Under the pieces are notes generated by a model that was not told the origin of the DNA, did no database searches, and saw only the letters and a list, made by a program, of their open reading frames with translations. From a virus (taxonomy: Duplodnaviria > Caudoviricetes), in IMG/VR virus record IMGVR_UViG_3300033121_000264, positions 32,001 through 96,000 of that record: a DNA stretch of 64,000 nucleotides. The stretch is one strand, 5' to 3'. Made by a program: the position numbers and the translations under genes. Positions within the stretch are counted from its first letter, which is position 1; each line of letters opens with the position of its first letter. This document shows positions 1-10,116 of this stretch, one piece after another.

Positions 1-5
1 AAAGG

Positions 6-1139
6 ATGGTATTGTTTATCATGACTAAAGTATTATATATTGGAAATTGTACAGAAAATACTGGTTATGGAGAAGCTGTCCGACAAATGATTGCGGCTAT
101 GGATAGCGTTGGTATAGACGTTGTAGTTAGACCGTTATTTCTTGGTGGACAAAATATTCCTGTATCTCAAAGACTTGGAGAGTTAATTAATAAAGATGAC
201 AGAAATCCAGACGTTGTTATTCAACATACCCTTCCACACTTTATGGAATATAATGGTAAATGCGGAAAGAATATTGGATTATTTGCATCTGAAACTAATA
301 GATTTGACAATGGAATTTGGCCTGAAAAACTTAATTTAATGGATGAAGTTTGGGTTATCTCTCAACAACAAATAGAAGCATGTAAAACAAGCGGTGTTCA
401 AGTCCCAGTGAATTTGGTTCAGCACCCATGTAATGTAGCTAAATATCAACAAAAATATGAACCATTAAAGTATAAACAATTAGAAAATAAATTTGTCTTT
501 TACTGGTTAGGTGAATTTAATCAACGTAAGAATTTAGCAGCAGCAGTTAAGGCATTTCATATTGAATTTGACCCCGATGAACCTGTAGAGTTAATTATCA
601 AAACATCTATTCCAGGTAAGAATCCTGTTGAAACTGCTAGTATTATTAATGAGTATTTGAAAGAGATTAAAGAAAATCTTAAACTATATAAGAATATTGG
701 AGTATATAAAAAGGAAACTCTAATTACAGCATATATGAAAGAGTCTGATTTAATGAGACTACATAAATCTGGACATTGTTTTATATGTACTTCTCATGGT
801 GAAGCTTTCTGTTTGCCTGCTGCTGATGCTTTAGGCGTTGGAAATCCTGTTATTGCTCATAATCTAGATTATGTCAAGCATGAATATAATGGACTTATTC
901 CATACTCAGATAAAGCCGAAGTGTATGGGGCGGTAGATACTTTTCCTGACCTATTAGTTGGTAATGAACTATGGGATACTGTAAGGGTTCCAAGTCTACA
1001 AAAACAAATGAGAAGAATGTTTGAGGCAAAAACTAACGGAGAATATAATAAGTTCTCTGATAATGCTATGGATTCGGTATATGAGATGTCATATGAAAAA
1101 ATTGGTAATCAAATCAAGGGGCTTTTACATATTGACTAG
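6..1139 (+). CDS. Glycosyltransferase, GT-B fold (GT4-like)
   Basis: N-terminal TGYGEA loop, RKN motif, and TSHGEAFCLPAADALGVG matching the GT4 E-x7-E/D region. Confidence 0.85.
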   Translation: MVLFIMTKVLYIGNCTENTGYGEAVRQMIAAMDSVGIDVVVRPLFLGGQNIPVSQRLGELINKDDRNPDVVIQHTLPHFMEYNGKCGKNIGLFASETNRFDNGIWPEKLNLMDEVWVISQQQIEACKTSGVQVPVNLVQHPCNVAKYQQKYEPLKYKQLENKFVFYWLGEFNQRKNLAAAVKAFHIEFDPDEPVELIIKTSIPGKNPVETASIINEYLKEIKENLKLYKNIGVYKKETLITAYMKESDLMRLHKSGHCFICTSHGEAFCLPAADALGVGNPVIAHNLDYVKHEYNGLIPYSDKAEVYGAVDTFPDLLVGNELWDTVRVPSLQKQMRRMFEAKTNGEYNKFSDNAMDSVYEMSYEKIGNQIKGLLHID

Positions 1140-1153
1140 ACCAACTTTTGTAT

Positions 1154-1162
1154 GGTGTATAA
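1154..1162 (+). promoter_or_regulatory. Putative phage late promoter motif GGTGTATAA
   Basis: Exact copy of the motif found upstream of structural genes on the minus strand; lies ~35 bp before the HNH start. Confidence 0.6.
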
Positions 1163-1197
1163 TCTCATAGGTCGAAACTACCAATAAAGGAGATTAT

Positions 1198-1869
1198 ATG
1201 AGAAAACCATTCACAAAAGAAGAAAAAGATGAAATTATACGACTTTATCCTATAATGGATACAAAGGAACTTGCAAAAAAATTAAATAGAAACTGGAAAG
1301 TAATAAAACATTTTGCTTATTCTCAAGGTGTTAAAAAACCAGTAATTGATTTAACAAATCAAAAAATTGGTAAATTACAAATTATTGGATTATCTAATAA
1401 AAAAGCCGGGAGAGAAAGATTATGGAAATGTCAATGTGAGTGTGGTAAAAATATTTTAATGAGAACATATGCATTAAACAAAAGAGGGACGCTATCTTGT
1501 GGTTGTTACAGGATTGAAAAAATATCAAATTCTTATGGTAAAATCAGTGGAGTGTGGTATGGTAAAATCAAAGGAAATGCACAAAAAAGAAAATTAGAAT
1601 TTAATGTATCTATCGAATTTTTAAATGATTTATTAGAAAAACAGAATTTTAAATGTGCAATTAGTGGACTACCAATTAAAATAGAAATGGGTAGAACAAA
1701 TAAAATAACAACAGCATCCTTAGATAGAGTTGATAATACTAAACCATATACTGAAGATAATGTTCAATTTTTACATAAACATGTAAATTATATGAAGTGG
1801 ACCCATAAACAAGATTATTTTATTAAACTTTGTCATAAAATCTCAAAATATAATAGAAAGAAAAATTAA
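1198..1869 (+). CDS. Free-standing HNH/His-Me finger homing endonuclease
   Basis: WKCQCECG and SCGC Zn motifs, CAISG, and SLDRVDN...YTEDNVQ..H..VN..K; paralog of 32282-32848. Confidence 0.8.
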   Translation: MRKPFTKEEKDEIIRLYPIMDTKELAKKLNRNWKVIKHFAYSQGVKKPVIDLTNQKIGKLQIIGLSNKKAGRERLWKCQCECGKNILMRTYALNKRGTLSCGCYRIEKISNSYGKISGVWYGKIKGNAQKRKLEFNVSIEFLNDLLEKQNFKCAISGLPIKIEMGRTNKITTASLDRVDNTKPYTEDNVQFLHKHVNYMKWTHKQDYFIKLCHKISKYNRKKN

Positions 1870-2882
1870 TGTATTCAGCTATTGCAACTATATTACATAG
1901 AACTTCTAGACAAAATAGGCCATACAACATATTATGTGCTCCGACGCACGAAGCTTATGAATCTAATTTAGCTAAGACAGGCCATAACTTCTATGCTTGG
2001 CGTCAAAAGGGAATCAAAGATTGGAGAACTGATTATCGTCAACTTCCTGATAATTACGTATTATTAGATGGAACAAGAGGAATCAGACAAATTCCATTAG
2101 ACATTAAGTTTGATTTTGTATTAAGCCAAAACAAATTTGGACAATTCCAAATTTTATCAAAATTGGCTGAACAACTACATTTGCCTATTATTTGTATTGA
2201 ACATACATTGCCAGAACCAAGTTGGTCAAATGATATGTTATTAGGTACTAAAAAATTACAGGGCAATATCAATTTATTTATCTCTGAATACTCAAGAAAA
2301 GCTTGGGGATACGAACCAACGGAAGCTGACGTAATTCATCATGGAATAGATACTGAAAAATTTAAACCATCGAATGAAGAAAGACAAAATCATGTACTTA
2401 GTGTTGTTAATGATTGGATTAATAGGGATGGACCTTGTAACTTCCAAACATGGAAAAGAGTAGTATTTGATGGCAAGATTCCATATTTAGTATTGGGTGA
2501 TACGCCAGGATTATCTAAACCAGCCGCATCTAGCGACGAATTAGTTAAAGCCTATCAAACATCTAGAATCTTCCTAAATACGTCTAGAGTATCACCAATC
2601 CCAACAGCTCTTTTAGAAGCTATGGCTTGTGGGTGCGCTGTAGTAACAACGGCAACCTGTATGATTCCTGAGATTGTTAAGGATGGTCAAAATGGTTTTA
2701 TTACCAATAATGAAGTTGAAATCTATAATAGAATACAAGAGCTAAGACAAAACCCTGAGCTAGCAGCAAAACTAGGAGAAAAAGCCATGGAAACTGTGGT
2801 GGATATGTTTAGTTTGGATAAGTTCGTTAATAATTGGAATGGGTTCTTTGATAAAGCAGCCAATTTGGTATACGGGGTATAA
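1869..2882 (+). CDS. Glycosyltransferase GT4-like
   Basis: VIHHGIDTEKF, and PTALLEAMACGCAVVTT...EIVKDGQNGF. Confidence 0.9.
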   Translation: MYSAIATILHRTSRQNRPYNILCAPTHEAYESNLAKTGHNFYAWRQKGIKDWRTDYRQLPDNYVLLDGTRGIRQIPLDIKFDFVLSQNKFGQFQILSKLAEQLHLPIICIEHTLPEPSWSNDMLLGTKKLQGNINLFISEYSRKAWGYEPTEADVIHHGIDTEKFKPSNEERQNHVLSVVNDWINRDGPCNFQTWKRVVFDGKIPYLVLGDTPGLSKPAASSDELVKAYQTSRIFLNTSRVSPIPTALLEAMACGCAVVTTATCMIPEIVKDGQNGFITNNEVEIYNRIQELRQNPELAAKLGEKAMETVVDMFSLDKFVNNWNGFFDKAANLVYGV

Positions 2883-2883
2883 A

Positions 2884-3090
2884 ATGATATTTGATAGTAT
2901 TTATGATGATATTGATTTTTGGGTTAAGCAAAAATTATCTAAAGAAGACAAAATAGAATTACTAATATTAAATAGATTAATGTTGGAATTTTCAATGGAT
3001 AATAAAACAACACTATCAATTATTACTAACATAACCAAAGAATTAAGAAAAAAATTAGGAGCTACACATGAAAATAAATCTTCTACGTAA
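2884..3090 (+). CDS. Hypothetical protein
   Basis: Fills the gap between coupled genes; ATG at 2884 just after the upstream stop. Confidence 0.5.
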   Translation: MIFDSIYDDIDFWVKQKLSKEDKIELLILNRLMLEFSMDNKTTLSIITNITKELRKKLGATHENKSST

Positions 3091-3532
3091 TTCAAATCAA
3101 ACGATGTCGGGCTATTTGAATATTGATATTCTACCTGGAGAAAATAAAGTTCAGGGCGATATTGCTAATCTAGATAATCTAGTAGATGATGCTAGTTGTT
3201 ATGAGATTGTAGCTAGAAATATACTTGAATATGTACCACATACAGAAATTCCACAAGTGGTCGGTCATTGGGTTAAGAAACTAAGTCATGGCGGCAAAAT
3301 TACAATTAATACTACTGACCTACGTAGTATCGTAAAAAGTGTAGCTAGAGAAGCCCTAACAATTCAAGAAACGCTAGAACTACTTTTTGGTAAAAACTCA
3401 ACTGTATTCGATGGTAAAAAGAGCGCAATGACAGCTCATACACTCTCGGCTTTATTAGAAGCTAATGGATTAAAAGTCACCAATAAAGCAATTGATTCTT
3501 ATGAAATCTCTATTACTGCGGAGCGTCAATAA
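3068..3532 (+). CDS. SAM-dependent methyltransferase-like protein (degenerate type 11)
   Basis: GYLNIDI...GDI..LD...EI.A..ILE....W.KKL..GG pattern of short methyltransferases found in glycosylation clusters. Confidence 0.6.
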   Translation: MKINLLRNSNQTMSGYLNIDILPGENKVQGDIANLDNLVDDASCYEIVARNILEYVPHTEIPQVVGHWVKKLSHGGKITINTTDLRSIVKSVAREALTIQETLELLFGKNSTVFDGKKSAMTAHTLSALLEANGLKVTNKAIDSYEISITAERQ

Positions 3533-4293
3533 TGACAGAAGAAGTTAAGGCTATTCCAGTTACAAAAACAATCTGTCGTGATTGTGTATTCAATACATTT
3601 TTTGCTGTTGCTCATGATGAATATGGGGATAAACATTGGTGTTCGGTTGGTAAACTAGATAATAATAAAGCTGAATGGAACGAGAAAGACCAATATTGGT
3701 CATTAGACTATTTCTGTAATCATTGTCGTAATTCTGATTGGGTGAAAAAAAACAAATTAGAATATGCTCCAGACTCAGCCCTATTAGAAAAAATTCGTGA
3801 AGAAAATACTGTATTCACAGATATTATTATCTTAGTACATCAACATCATTTATTAGAAGATGTAAAACGAGTTTTAGATAAAATTCAATCTAAATATATT
3901 GGTAAAGTAATTGTGTCAGTTAATAATCAAAAGATTAAACCAAGCGCTATTAATAGACTATTATCTGAATATAAATTTGATTGGCAAATCTTAATGCATC
4001 TTGAAGATACTTCTGTAGATGACCAAGTTCATAAAGTTCATAAATTTACCAAAGGTATGTTCTTTATGTTAGTAGATATGCTTGGTCAATATAATGATGA
4101 TTTACCAAAACAAATAGATATTATGATAAACGATAATAATAATAAATTTGTCTATTACGAACCAGACGAAAATATGGTTAATATAGTAATGCACAATATA
4201 TTATATCAAATGCTTAGAACTGTTAAACGTGATGTAATTATTAAATACGCAGAGGACCAACAATGTCTACACATGCTGAAACTGAAAAACTAG
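3532..4293 (+). CDS. Hypothetical protein (Cys-rich N-terminus, possible degenerate GT-A domain)
   Basis: CRDC and CNHC motifs; translationally coupled within the GT cluster. Confidence 0.5.
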   Translation: MTEEVKAIPVTKTICRDCVFNTFFAVAHDEYGDKHWCSVGKLDNNKAEWNEKDQYWSLDYFCNHCRNSDWVKKNKLEYAPDSALLEKIREENTVFTDIIILVHQHHLLEDVKRVLDKIQSKYIGKVIVSVNNQKIKPSAINRLLSEYKFDWQILMHLEDTSVDDQVHKVHKFTKGMFFMLVDMLGQYNDDLPKQIDIMINDNNNKFVYYEPDENMVNIVMHNILYQMLRTVKRDVIIKYAEDQQCLHMLKLKN

Positions 4294-5066
4294 AATTACC
4301 TCACGTAGCAGTTATAATTGCCACTCATAATTATGGAAAATGGTTATTAGAAGCTATTACAAGTGTAATATTACAAAACTATCCTAATAAATCTATTTGG
4401 ATTTACGATGATGGTTCTACTGATAACACGTGGGAAATTTTAGAAGAATTACTTGATGGTGAACGCCATGAAACCATGTTAAGTGGAACAATACAAAATA
4501 CTAAAATATACGCACATACTAGTGCTATTGGTGGAAATAAACTTCCAGCTCAAGGACCATCAAAATCTAGAAATGAATTAATTAAAAAGGCGTGGGATTC
4601 TAGTCAACTATTTGCAATTTTAGACGCTGATGATTATTGGCAACCTGAAAAACTAAGTAAGTCTGTTGCAAAGATATTAGAAGTGCCAGATGTTATTGGG
4701 GCAGTATATACGGATAATTATACTATTAATGAACAAACTGGTATTACTAGTAGAGAATTTAGAGAAAGTTTTGATTATCAAAGATTAGTTCAACATAATA
4801 TGGTACATTCTGGTTGTGTCATTTCTAAGTTGGCCCTGGCAAAAGCAGGACTATACGATGAAGAAATGCGTGTAGCAGAAGATTATGACTTATGGTTTCG
4901 TATATCAGAACGTTTTATGATTTATCATATTCCAGAACCTTTAGTAACGATTAGGGCTGGAAATCACAACACATCTAATTCTGTAGCTCCAGAAGTATGG
5001 CAAAAAAATTGGCAACGTGTCTATCAAAAGGTACAACAAAGAAATGCGCAACGTAACGCCAATTAA
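4263..5066 (+). CDS. Glycosyltransferase family 2
   Basis: VIIATHN, DDGSTD, SRN, LDADD and AEDYDLW motifs. Confidence 0.93.
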   Translation: MSTHAETEKLELPHVAVIIATHNYGKWLLEAITSVILQNYPNKSIWIYDDGSTDNTWEILEELLDGERHETMLSGTIQNTKIYAHTSAIGGNKLPAQGPSKSRNELIKKAWDSSQLFAILDADDYWQPEKLSKSVAKILEVPDVIGAVYTDNYTINEQTGITSREFRESFDYQRLVQHNMVHSGCVISKLALAKAGLYDEEMRVAEDYDLWFRISERFMIYHIPEPLVTIRAGNHNTSNSVAPEVWQKNWQRVYQKVQQRNAQRNAN

Positions 5067-5733
5067 AAAATTCGGTGCTCAAAAGCAACCAAATGATTTA
5101 GCAATAATTTTATTGTCAGCCTCTCCACATAAACAAAGCGGGGTTTATCGTCCAACTATTGAGTTTAATGATGGACAAACTCTTTTATACAAACAATTAC
5201 ATACAATCGAACAAGTATTTCCTAATGCTGAAACTGTGGTAGTTCTAGGGCATGAACCAGAAGAAATATACAAAAATCCATATTTTCAGAATATTAGATT
5301 TATAGAAAATCAAAATTACCTTAGCACAAACACAATAAAAAGTTCTGCACTTGCATTAAGAGCAACGCATTCGGAGTCTTATATTTTTATTCATGGAGAC
5401 ATTTTATTCAACGAACAAGCACTTAATATTGCTGGTAATGAGTCTCAATTAGTAATAGGTAATAATGAAGTAATTAATGATAAGATTGGTTTGATATTAG
5501 ACAAAAACAAAATTGTGAATATAGGATATGGACTAGAGAAACCTTGGGGTCAAATAGCTTACATGAGAGGAAAAGAACTTGACTTGTTCAAAGATTTCTG
5601 CTATAATAAGACCAAGGCAAAATGTCTGCTTTTTGAGGGAATAAACTATATTATTGATAATGGTGGAATCTTTCATCAACACTCAAATAAAAATATTGTA
5701 ACGAAAGAAATCTTATCTAAAAAGGATATTTAA
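5044..5733 (+). CDS. Sugar/choline-phosphate nucleotidyltransferase-like (NTP_transferase fold)
   Basis: IILLSA start, TLL..Q, VVLG, N..Y..TN, and FIHGDILF; the usual G-x-G-x-R loop is degenerate. Confidence 0.65.
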   Translation: MRNVTPIKKFGAQKQPNDLAIILLSASPHKQSGVYRPTIEFNDGQTLLYKQLHTIEQVFPNAETVVVLGHEPEEIYKNPYFQNIRFIENQNYLSTNTIKSSALALRATHSESYIFIHGDILFNEQALNIAGNESQLVIGNNEVINDKIGLILDKNKIVNIGYGLEKPWGQIAYMRGKELDLFKDFCYNKTKAKCLLFEGINYIIDNGGIFHQHSNKNIVTKEILSKKDI

Positions 5734-6758
5734 TGAAGGTTCTATGTCAGTATAAATCAGGCGGTGAATATTATCGCCATCTTGGATTTGCTAATGCAAT
5801 CCGTTCAGCTGGATATGAATTTCTATTCTGGAACTCAGACCAGAAGCCGGCCTATGATGTGTTTGATGAATATAAACCAGACTTATTCATTGGAACGACT
5901 TTTGACCTTACGAGAGCTATTATCGGAGCGATTAAACGTCATCCAGAAGTAAAAGTAGTTCTCAAAGGTGGGAACTGGGGACCATCTGACAAAGATATTG
6001 ATAGAGAGAAATTTCCTATCGTTTTTGTATCTGAAAAAGAAAAGAAGATATTGGGTCAATTAAAAGCCGAGGTGGGTAAGCCTGACCTAGTAATTTGCCA
6101 TTATCATCCACGTAGTTTAGAAGAAACAATGTCAGGATGGAATGAGATTGGTATTGAGCCATTTGCTGTTATGAATGCTGCTGACGTATGTGTATTCTAT
6201 AAGGGCATAAAAGACCTACAATTAACATGTGATGTCTCTTTTGTTGGCGGGTATTGGAAATACAAATCTGAAAATCTAGATAAGTATATTCTTCCACTCT
6301 CATCCCCGGTGGGCAAATATAACCTAAAAGTATTTGGTAATCAACGGTGGACAATTCCACAATTCTTGGGCGGTATTCCAGATAATCGAATTAAAGACCT
6401 TTATGTTTCATCTTTAGTCTGTCCTAATGTAAGCGAACCACATTCCAATGAATTTGGATGGGATGTAGTAGAACGTCCATTTAAGATTCTATCTAGCGGT
6501 GGATTCTTAGTTATGGATGACGTTCGTGATTTTAAAGCTATTTTTAGTGATACGGTTAGATACTACAATAGTTACACTGAACTAGTAGAAATTATTGAGT
6601 ATTACAAAGCTAATCCAGATAGACGTAATTTTGAAGAAGCTCAAAAAATAGTATTACATAATCATACATATCACCATAGAATGGCTGATTTGTTTATGAA
6701 GTTAGGATTTACTAGAGAAGCAACTCAAGTATTAGGGGCTTTAGCTAATGTCCTCTAA
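5733..6758 (+). CDS. Glycosyltransferase (CgeB/Glyco_trans_1_2-like)
   Basis: DVSFVG, ERPFKI..SGGF and C-terminal HTYHHR motifs. Confidence 0.8.
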   Translation: MKVLCQYKSGGEYYRHLGFANAIRSAGYEFLFWNSDQKPAYDVFDEYKPDLFIGTTFDLTRAIIGAIKRHPEVKVVLKGGNWGPSDKDIDREKFPIVFVSEKEKKILGQLKAEVGKPDLVICHYHPRSLEETMSGWNEIGIEPFAVMNAADVCVFYKGIKDLQLTCDVSFVGGYWKYKSENLDKYILPLSSPVGKYNLKVFGNQRWTIPQFLGGIPDNRIKDLYVSSLVCPNVSEPHSNEFGWDVVERPFKILSSGGFLVMDDVRDFKAIFSDTVRYYNSYTELVEIIEYYKANPDRRNFEEAQKIVLHNHTYHHRMADLFMKLGFTREATQVLGALANVL

Positions 6759-7587
6759 AATGCTAACAATAGTTTTTTCAAAAGATAGAGCAGCTCAATT
6801 AGATTTATTTCTATGGTCTTTTTTACAAAATTTTCATGTTGGCGGATTATGTATAATATATACTTATTCAAATGAAGAATTTAAAAAGGGATACGAATTA
6901 TTATATCATAAATATATAGCTTTTAGCACAATAAGTTGGCAATTACAAAAATATTCAGTAAAAGAAGAATTGTATACGGCCCTATTACGTAATAATGATA
7001 TTATTAATTTATGTACGGATGATTGTGTATATTTTAGAAAACCATTTTTAAAAATAGAAGATATTGACAAAATTTTAGATGAACGAACATTATGTTTTTC
7101 TCCACGTTTAGGTCTTAATACTATAGTGCAAGACTATAAAACTGGACAATTACAAAAACCTTTGATACAAGACGATTTAACAAGTTATGAACCAAATGAT
7201 ATTCTACATTAGAATTGGAAAATAAAACCACCATTAGAAAATTATGGATTTGCTTGTCATCAAGACTCTTATATATGTCGTAAAGAAGACTTTTTAAAAA
7301 TAGCTAATTTTAATTGGCAAAACATGAGAGAATTAGAAGGAACTTTAGCTTTAGAACGTAGACATACAATGTACTATAAACCAATGATGTCATCACTACA
7401 GAAAAGTTTTTGTGTTAATATTCCAGCTAATAATGTTCTTCCAGGTCTATATGCTGGCGATAAATGTTATGAATCATTAGAAGATATGAATGATAAATTT
7501 TTAAGTGGTAAAAGACTTTCATTGGAAAAGTCAGATTTTAGCAATATTATTGGTTCACATCAGGAGGTACGATTGGTATGGGATTAA
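6748..7587 (+). pseudogene. Glycosyltransferase-like gene interrupted by one in-frame TAG (7210-7212)
   Basis: ORFs 6748-7212 and 7324-7587 share a frame and the intervening 111 nt are open. FSKDRA.QL start and TDD motif. The reconstructed gene is coupled to both neighbours. Confidence 0.75.
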
Positions 7588-8273
7588 ATGAATTGTTTCA
7601 AGAAGTAGTTGTTCTTAATTTAGATAAACGCTACAAAGAATTTGAACGAATTGAAAGTATGCTACAAAATGTTGGTTATACTCGTAATATTCGTAGAGTT
7701 GTAGTTGGTAAGGGCGATATACTTCCAGAAGATGAATATACATTAATTGATGAACCAAGATGCTCAGATGTTTGGAGTCGTGGAGCATTTTCACACCTAC
7801 CAAATTCATACCACGCATTTATGGCATTTCGTCGTATTATTGGAGAAATGTATAATACTGGAATTAAGACAGTTCTTATTCTAGAAGATGATGCAATATT
7901 TACTGATGATTTTAATGAGACATTAGAAAAGGCCGAGAAAGACATCAAGAACCAAAACCTTCATTGGGACATGCTCTATTTAGGTGCTAATCATACTTGG
8001 TCGCAAACGAAAGAACAATCACCCAACCTTCTACGGCTTTTTGGTAGTTTATGTTGGCACGCTGTTGGTCTACATCATAGTGTATATTTGCCAATTTTAC
8101 AATGTGCGGTAGACAAGCCAATAGATTTAAAGGCAGCAGAAGTATTACATCCAATCTATAATTGTTATGCTGTTTGGCCTTCAATTGCTTTGCAAAAACC
8201 TGGAATGAGTTTTGTCGAGGGTCGTGAAAGAAACTATAATGAGTTTTTCGTAAGTAAGGGGGCTAATTGGTAA
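7578..8273 (+). CDS. Glycosyltransferase family 25-like
   Basis: VLNLDKR, LILEDDA, WDMLYLG and ID motifs. Confidence 0.85.
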   Translation: MGLNELFQEVVVLNLDKRYKEFERIESMLQNVGYTRNIRRVVVGKGDILPEDEYTLIDEPRCSDVWSRGAFSHLPNSYHAFMAFRRIIGEMYNTGIKTVLILEDDAIFTDDFNETLEKAEKDIKNQNLHWDMLYLGANHTWSQTKEQSPNLLRLFGSLCWHAVGLHHSVYLPILQCAVDKPIDLKAAEVLHPIYNCYAVWPSIALQKPGMSFVEGRERNYNEFFVSKGANW

Positions 8274-9145
8274 TGCGTATTTTAATTACAGGTGCAACAT
8301 CATTTATTGGCAAACATCTTACAAAACAACTAATTAGTAGATTTCCACAAAATCAGTATATTGGAATATGTAATCACTCACCAAATGATAATAAATTTCC
8401 AGAACTAGATTTATATTATACAGATTTGGCTAATCCAGAAACAGCAAATATAGTACGAAATTATTTTAAACCAGATTTAGTATATCATCTTGCAGCCATC
8501 TCAAATCCAAGTTTTAATACTATTAAGAAGATTTGGGACATTAATGTAAATGGTACATTATACTTACTGAATGGAATTAATTGTCCAATTATTTTTGCTT
8601 CAACGGCTAATATTCTTGGTGGTTTTCCACATTATCGAGAAGAACTGACAACTATGTATACTGCAACCAAAAGAGCGGCAGAATGCTTAATTGAGGGTTT
8701 TGCAAGACAAGACTTATGTAAAGGTGTTTCTTTAAGACTAACTGGAGTTGTTGGTCCAGATATGACTCATGGATTACTTCCAGTATTGGTTAAGAAAGCA
8801 AAGGAAAAAGAAAATCCAATGCAATTGTTAAAAAATACTCGCAAAACATACATTCATATAGATGATGTTGTTAATAATCTAATTAGATATATTGATGGAT
8901 ATAATTGGCAAAATCATCCTAAATATGAAAAATTTACTATGTCGAATAAAGATAGTTTAAGTACAACAGAGTTTGCAAATTTGGTTTACGGTTTTTTCAA
9001 TCATGGACAAATTCCTGAGCTAAAATATAGTGATGTCAGTTACAATGGGGATATTGATTATAGTAATCCCAAAAACACTATTAAAACTGATTTAGTTTAT
9101 TCATCTTCTACGCAAGCAATTTATAAAGCATTGGAGTCTTATTAA
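8273..9145 (+). CDS. NAD-dependent epimerase/dehydratase (extended SDR)
   Basis: ILITGATSFIG, HLAA and YTATK (YxxxK). Confidence 0.85.
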   Translation: MRILITGATSFIGKHLTKQLISRFPQNQYIGICNHSPNDNKFPELDLYYTDLANPETANIVRNYFKPDLVYHLAAISNPSFNTIKKIWDINVNGTLYLLNGINCPIIFASTANILGGFPHYREELTTMYTATKRAAECLIEGFARQDLCKGVSLRLTGVVGPDMTHGLLPVLVKKAKEKENPMQLLKNTRKTYIHIDDVVNNLIRYIDGYNWQNHPKYEKFTMSNKDSLSTTEFANLVYGFFNHGQIPELKYSDVSYNGDIDYSNPKNTIKTDLVYSSSTQAIYKALESY

Positions 9146-10116
9146 TGAAAATATGTGTTTTAGGTGGACTAGGATATATTGGTAGTGGATTTGGTTCATG
9201 GCTACATTTAAAGGGTTATGACGATATTACGATTGTAGATAATCTTTATTTTAAACAAGCCGAAATTATAGAACCAATTTTAAAGGCTACTAAAACTAGA
9301 TTAGACTACATGCCGGATTTGAAAGAACAAAAAATTACCATCTATAAAGAAGATGTCAGAGAACACCGTAGATGGAATGATTATGACGTTATTATTAATT
9401 TAGCAGCATATGTAGGTGCTCCATTATGCAATAAACTTCCAAAAGAAGAAGTTATCTCGCTAAATCAGACATTTGTTGAAAATCTTACAAAACACTTGTC
9501 AAGAGAGCAATTATTAATTTATCCCAACACAAATTCATCATATGGATATTCAACAGAAGATATATGCACAGAAGATAGCCCAAGACAACCTTTATCGTTA
9601 TATGCAGAAACTAAAGACAATGCTGAAAAAGCTGTGTTGGATTTTGGGGGCATAGCTTATAGATTAGCAACAGTATGCGGTCCTGCTCCAAGAATGAGAT
9701 GGGATTTAATGGTAAATGATTTTTGTCTCAAGGCTTATCGTAATCATCAATTAGATATTTTTGAACCACATTATAAACGCAATTTCATCAATGTAATGGA
9801 TATCCATACAGCTTTAGAATTTGCTATTGCGAATCGTGAAGAAATGCAAGGTCAAGTCTATAATCTAGGATTAGATAGTGGTAATACAACCAAAGGCGAA
9901 TTAGCACAACAAATTTGCAAACATTTTGGAGCAGAATATATAGTATCAGAAGGTAATGACCCAGATAAGAGAAATTATAACGTATCAAGTCAAAAACTAT
10001 ATAATTTAGGATATCAACCTATTCATACTCTAGCAGCTACTATTACGATGTTAGATATTATGTTTATTATTATGAAGGGTAAAGAAATTGATGGTCCTAC
10101 CACAAGGAATGTTTAA
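9145..10116 (+). CDS. NAD-dependent epimerase/dehydratase (extended SDR)
   Basis: VLGGLGYIG, LAAYVG, YAETK, RLATV.G..PRMR.DL.VN. Confidence 0.9.
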   Translation: MKICVLGGLGYIGSGFGSWLHLKGYDDITIVDNLYFKQAEIIEPILKATKTRLDYMPDLKEQKITIYKEDVREHRRWNDYDVIINLAAYVGAPLCNKLPKEEVISLNQTFVENLTKHLSREQLLIYPNTNSSYGYSTEDICTEDSPRQPLSLYAETKDNAEKAVLDFGGIAYRLATVCGPAPRMRWDLMVNDFCLKAYRNHQLDIFEPHYKRNFINVMDIHTALEFAIANREEMQGQVYNLGLDSGNTTKGELAQQICKHFGAEYIVSEGNDPDKRNYNVSSQKLYNLGYQPIHTLAATITMLDIMFIIMKGKEIDGPTTRNV

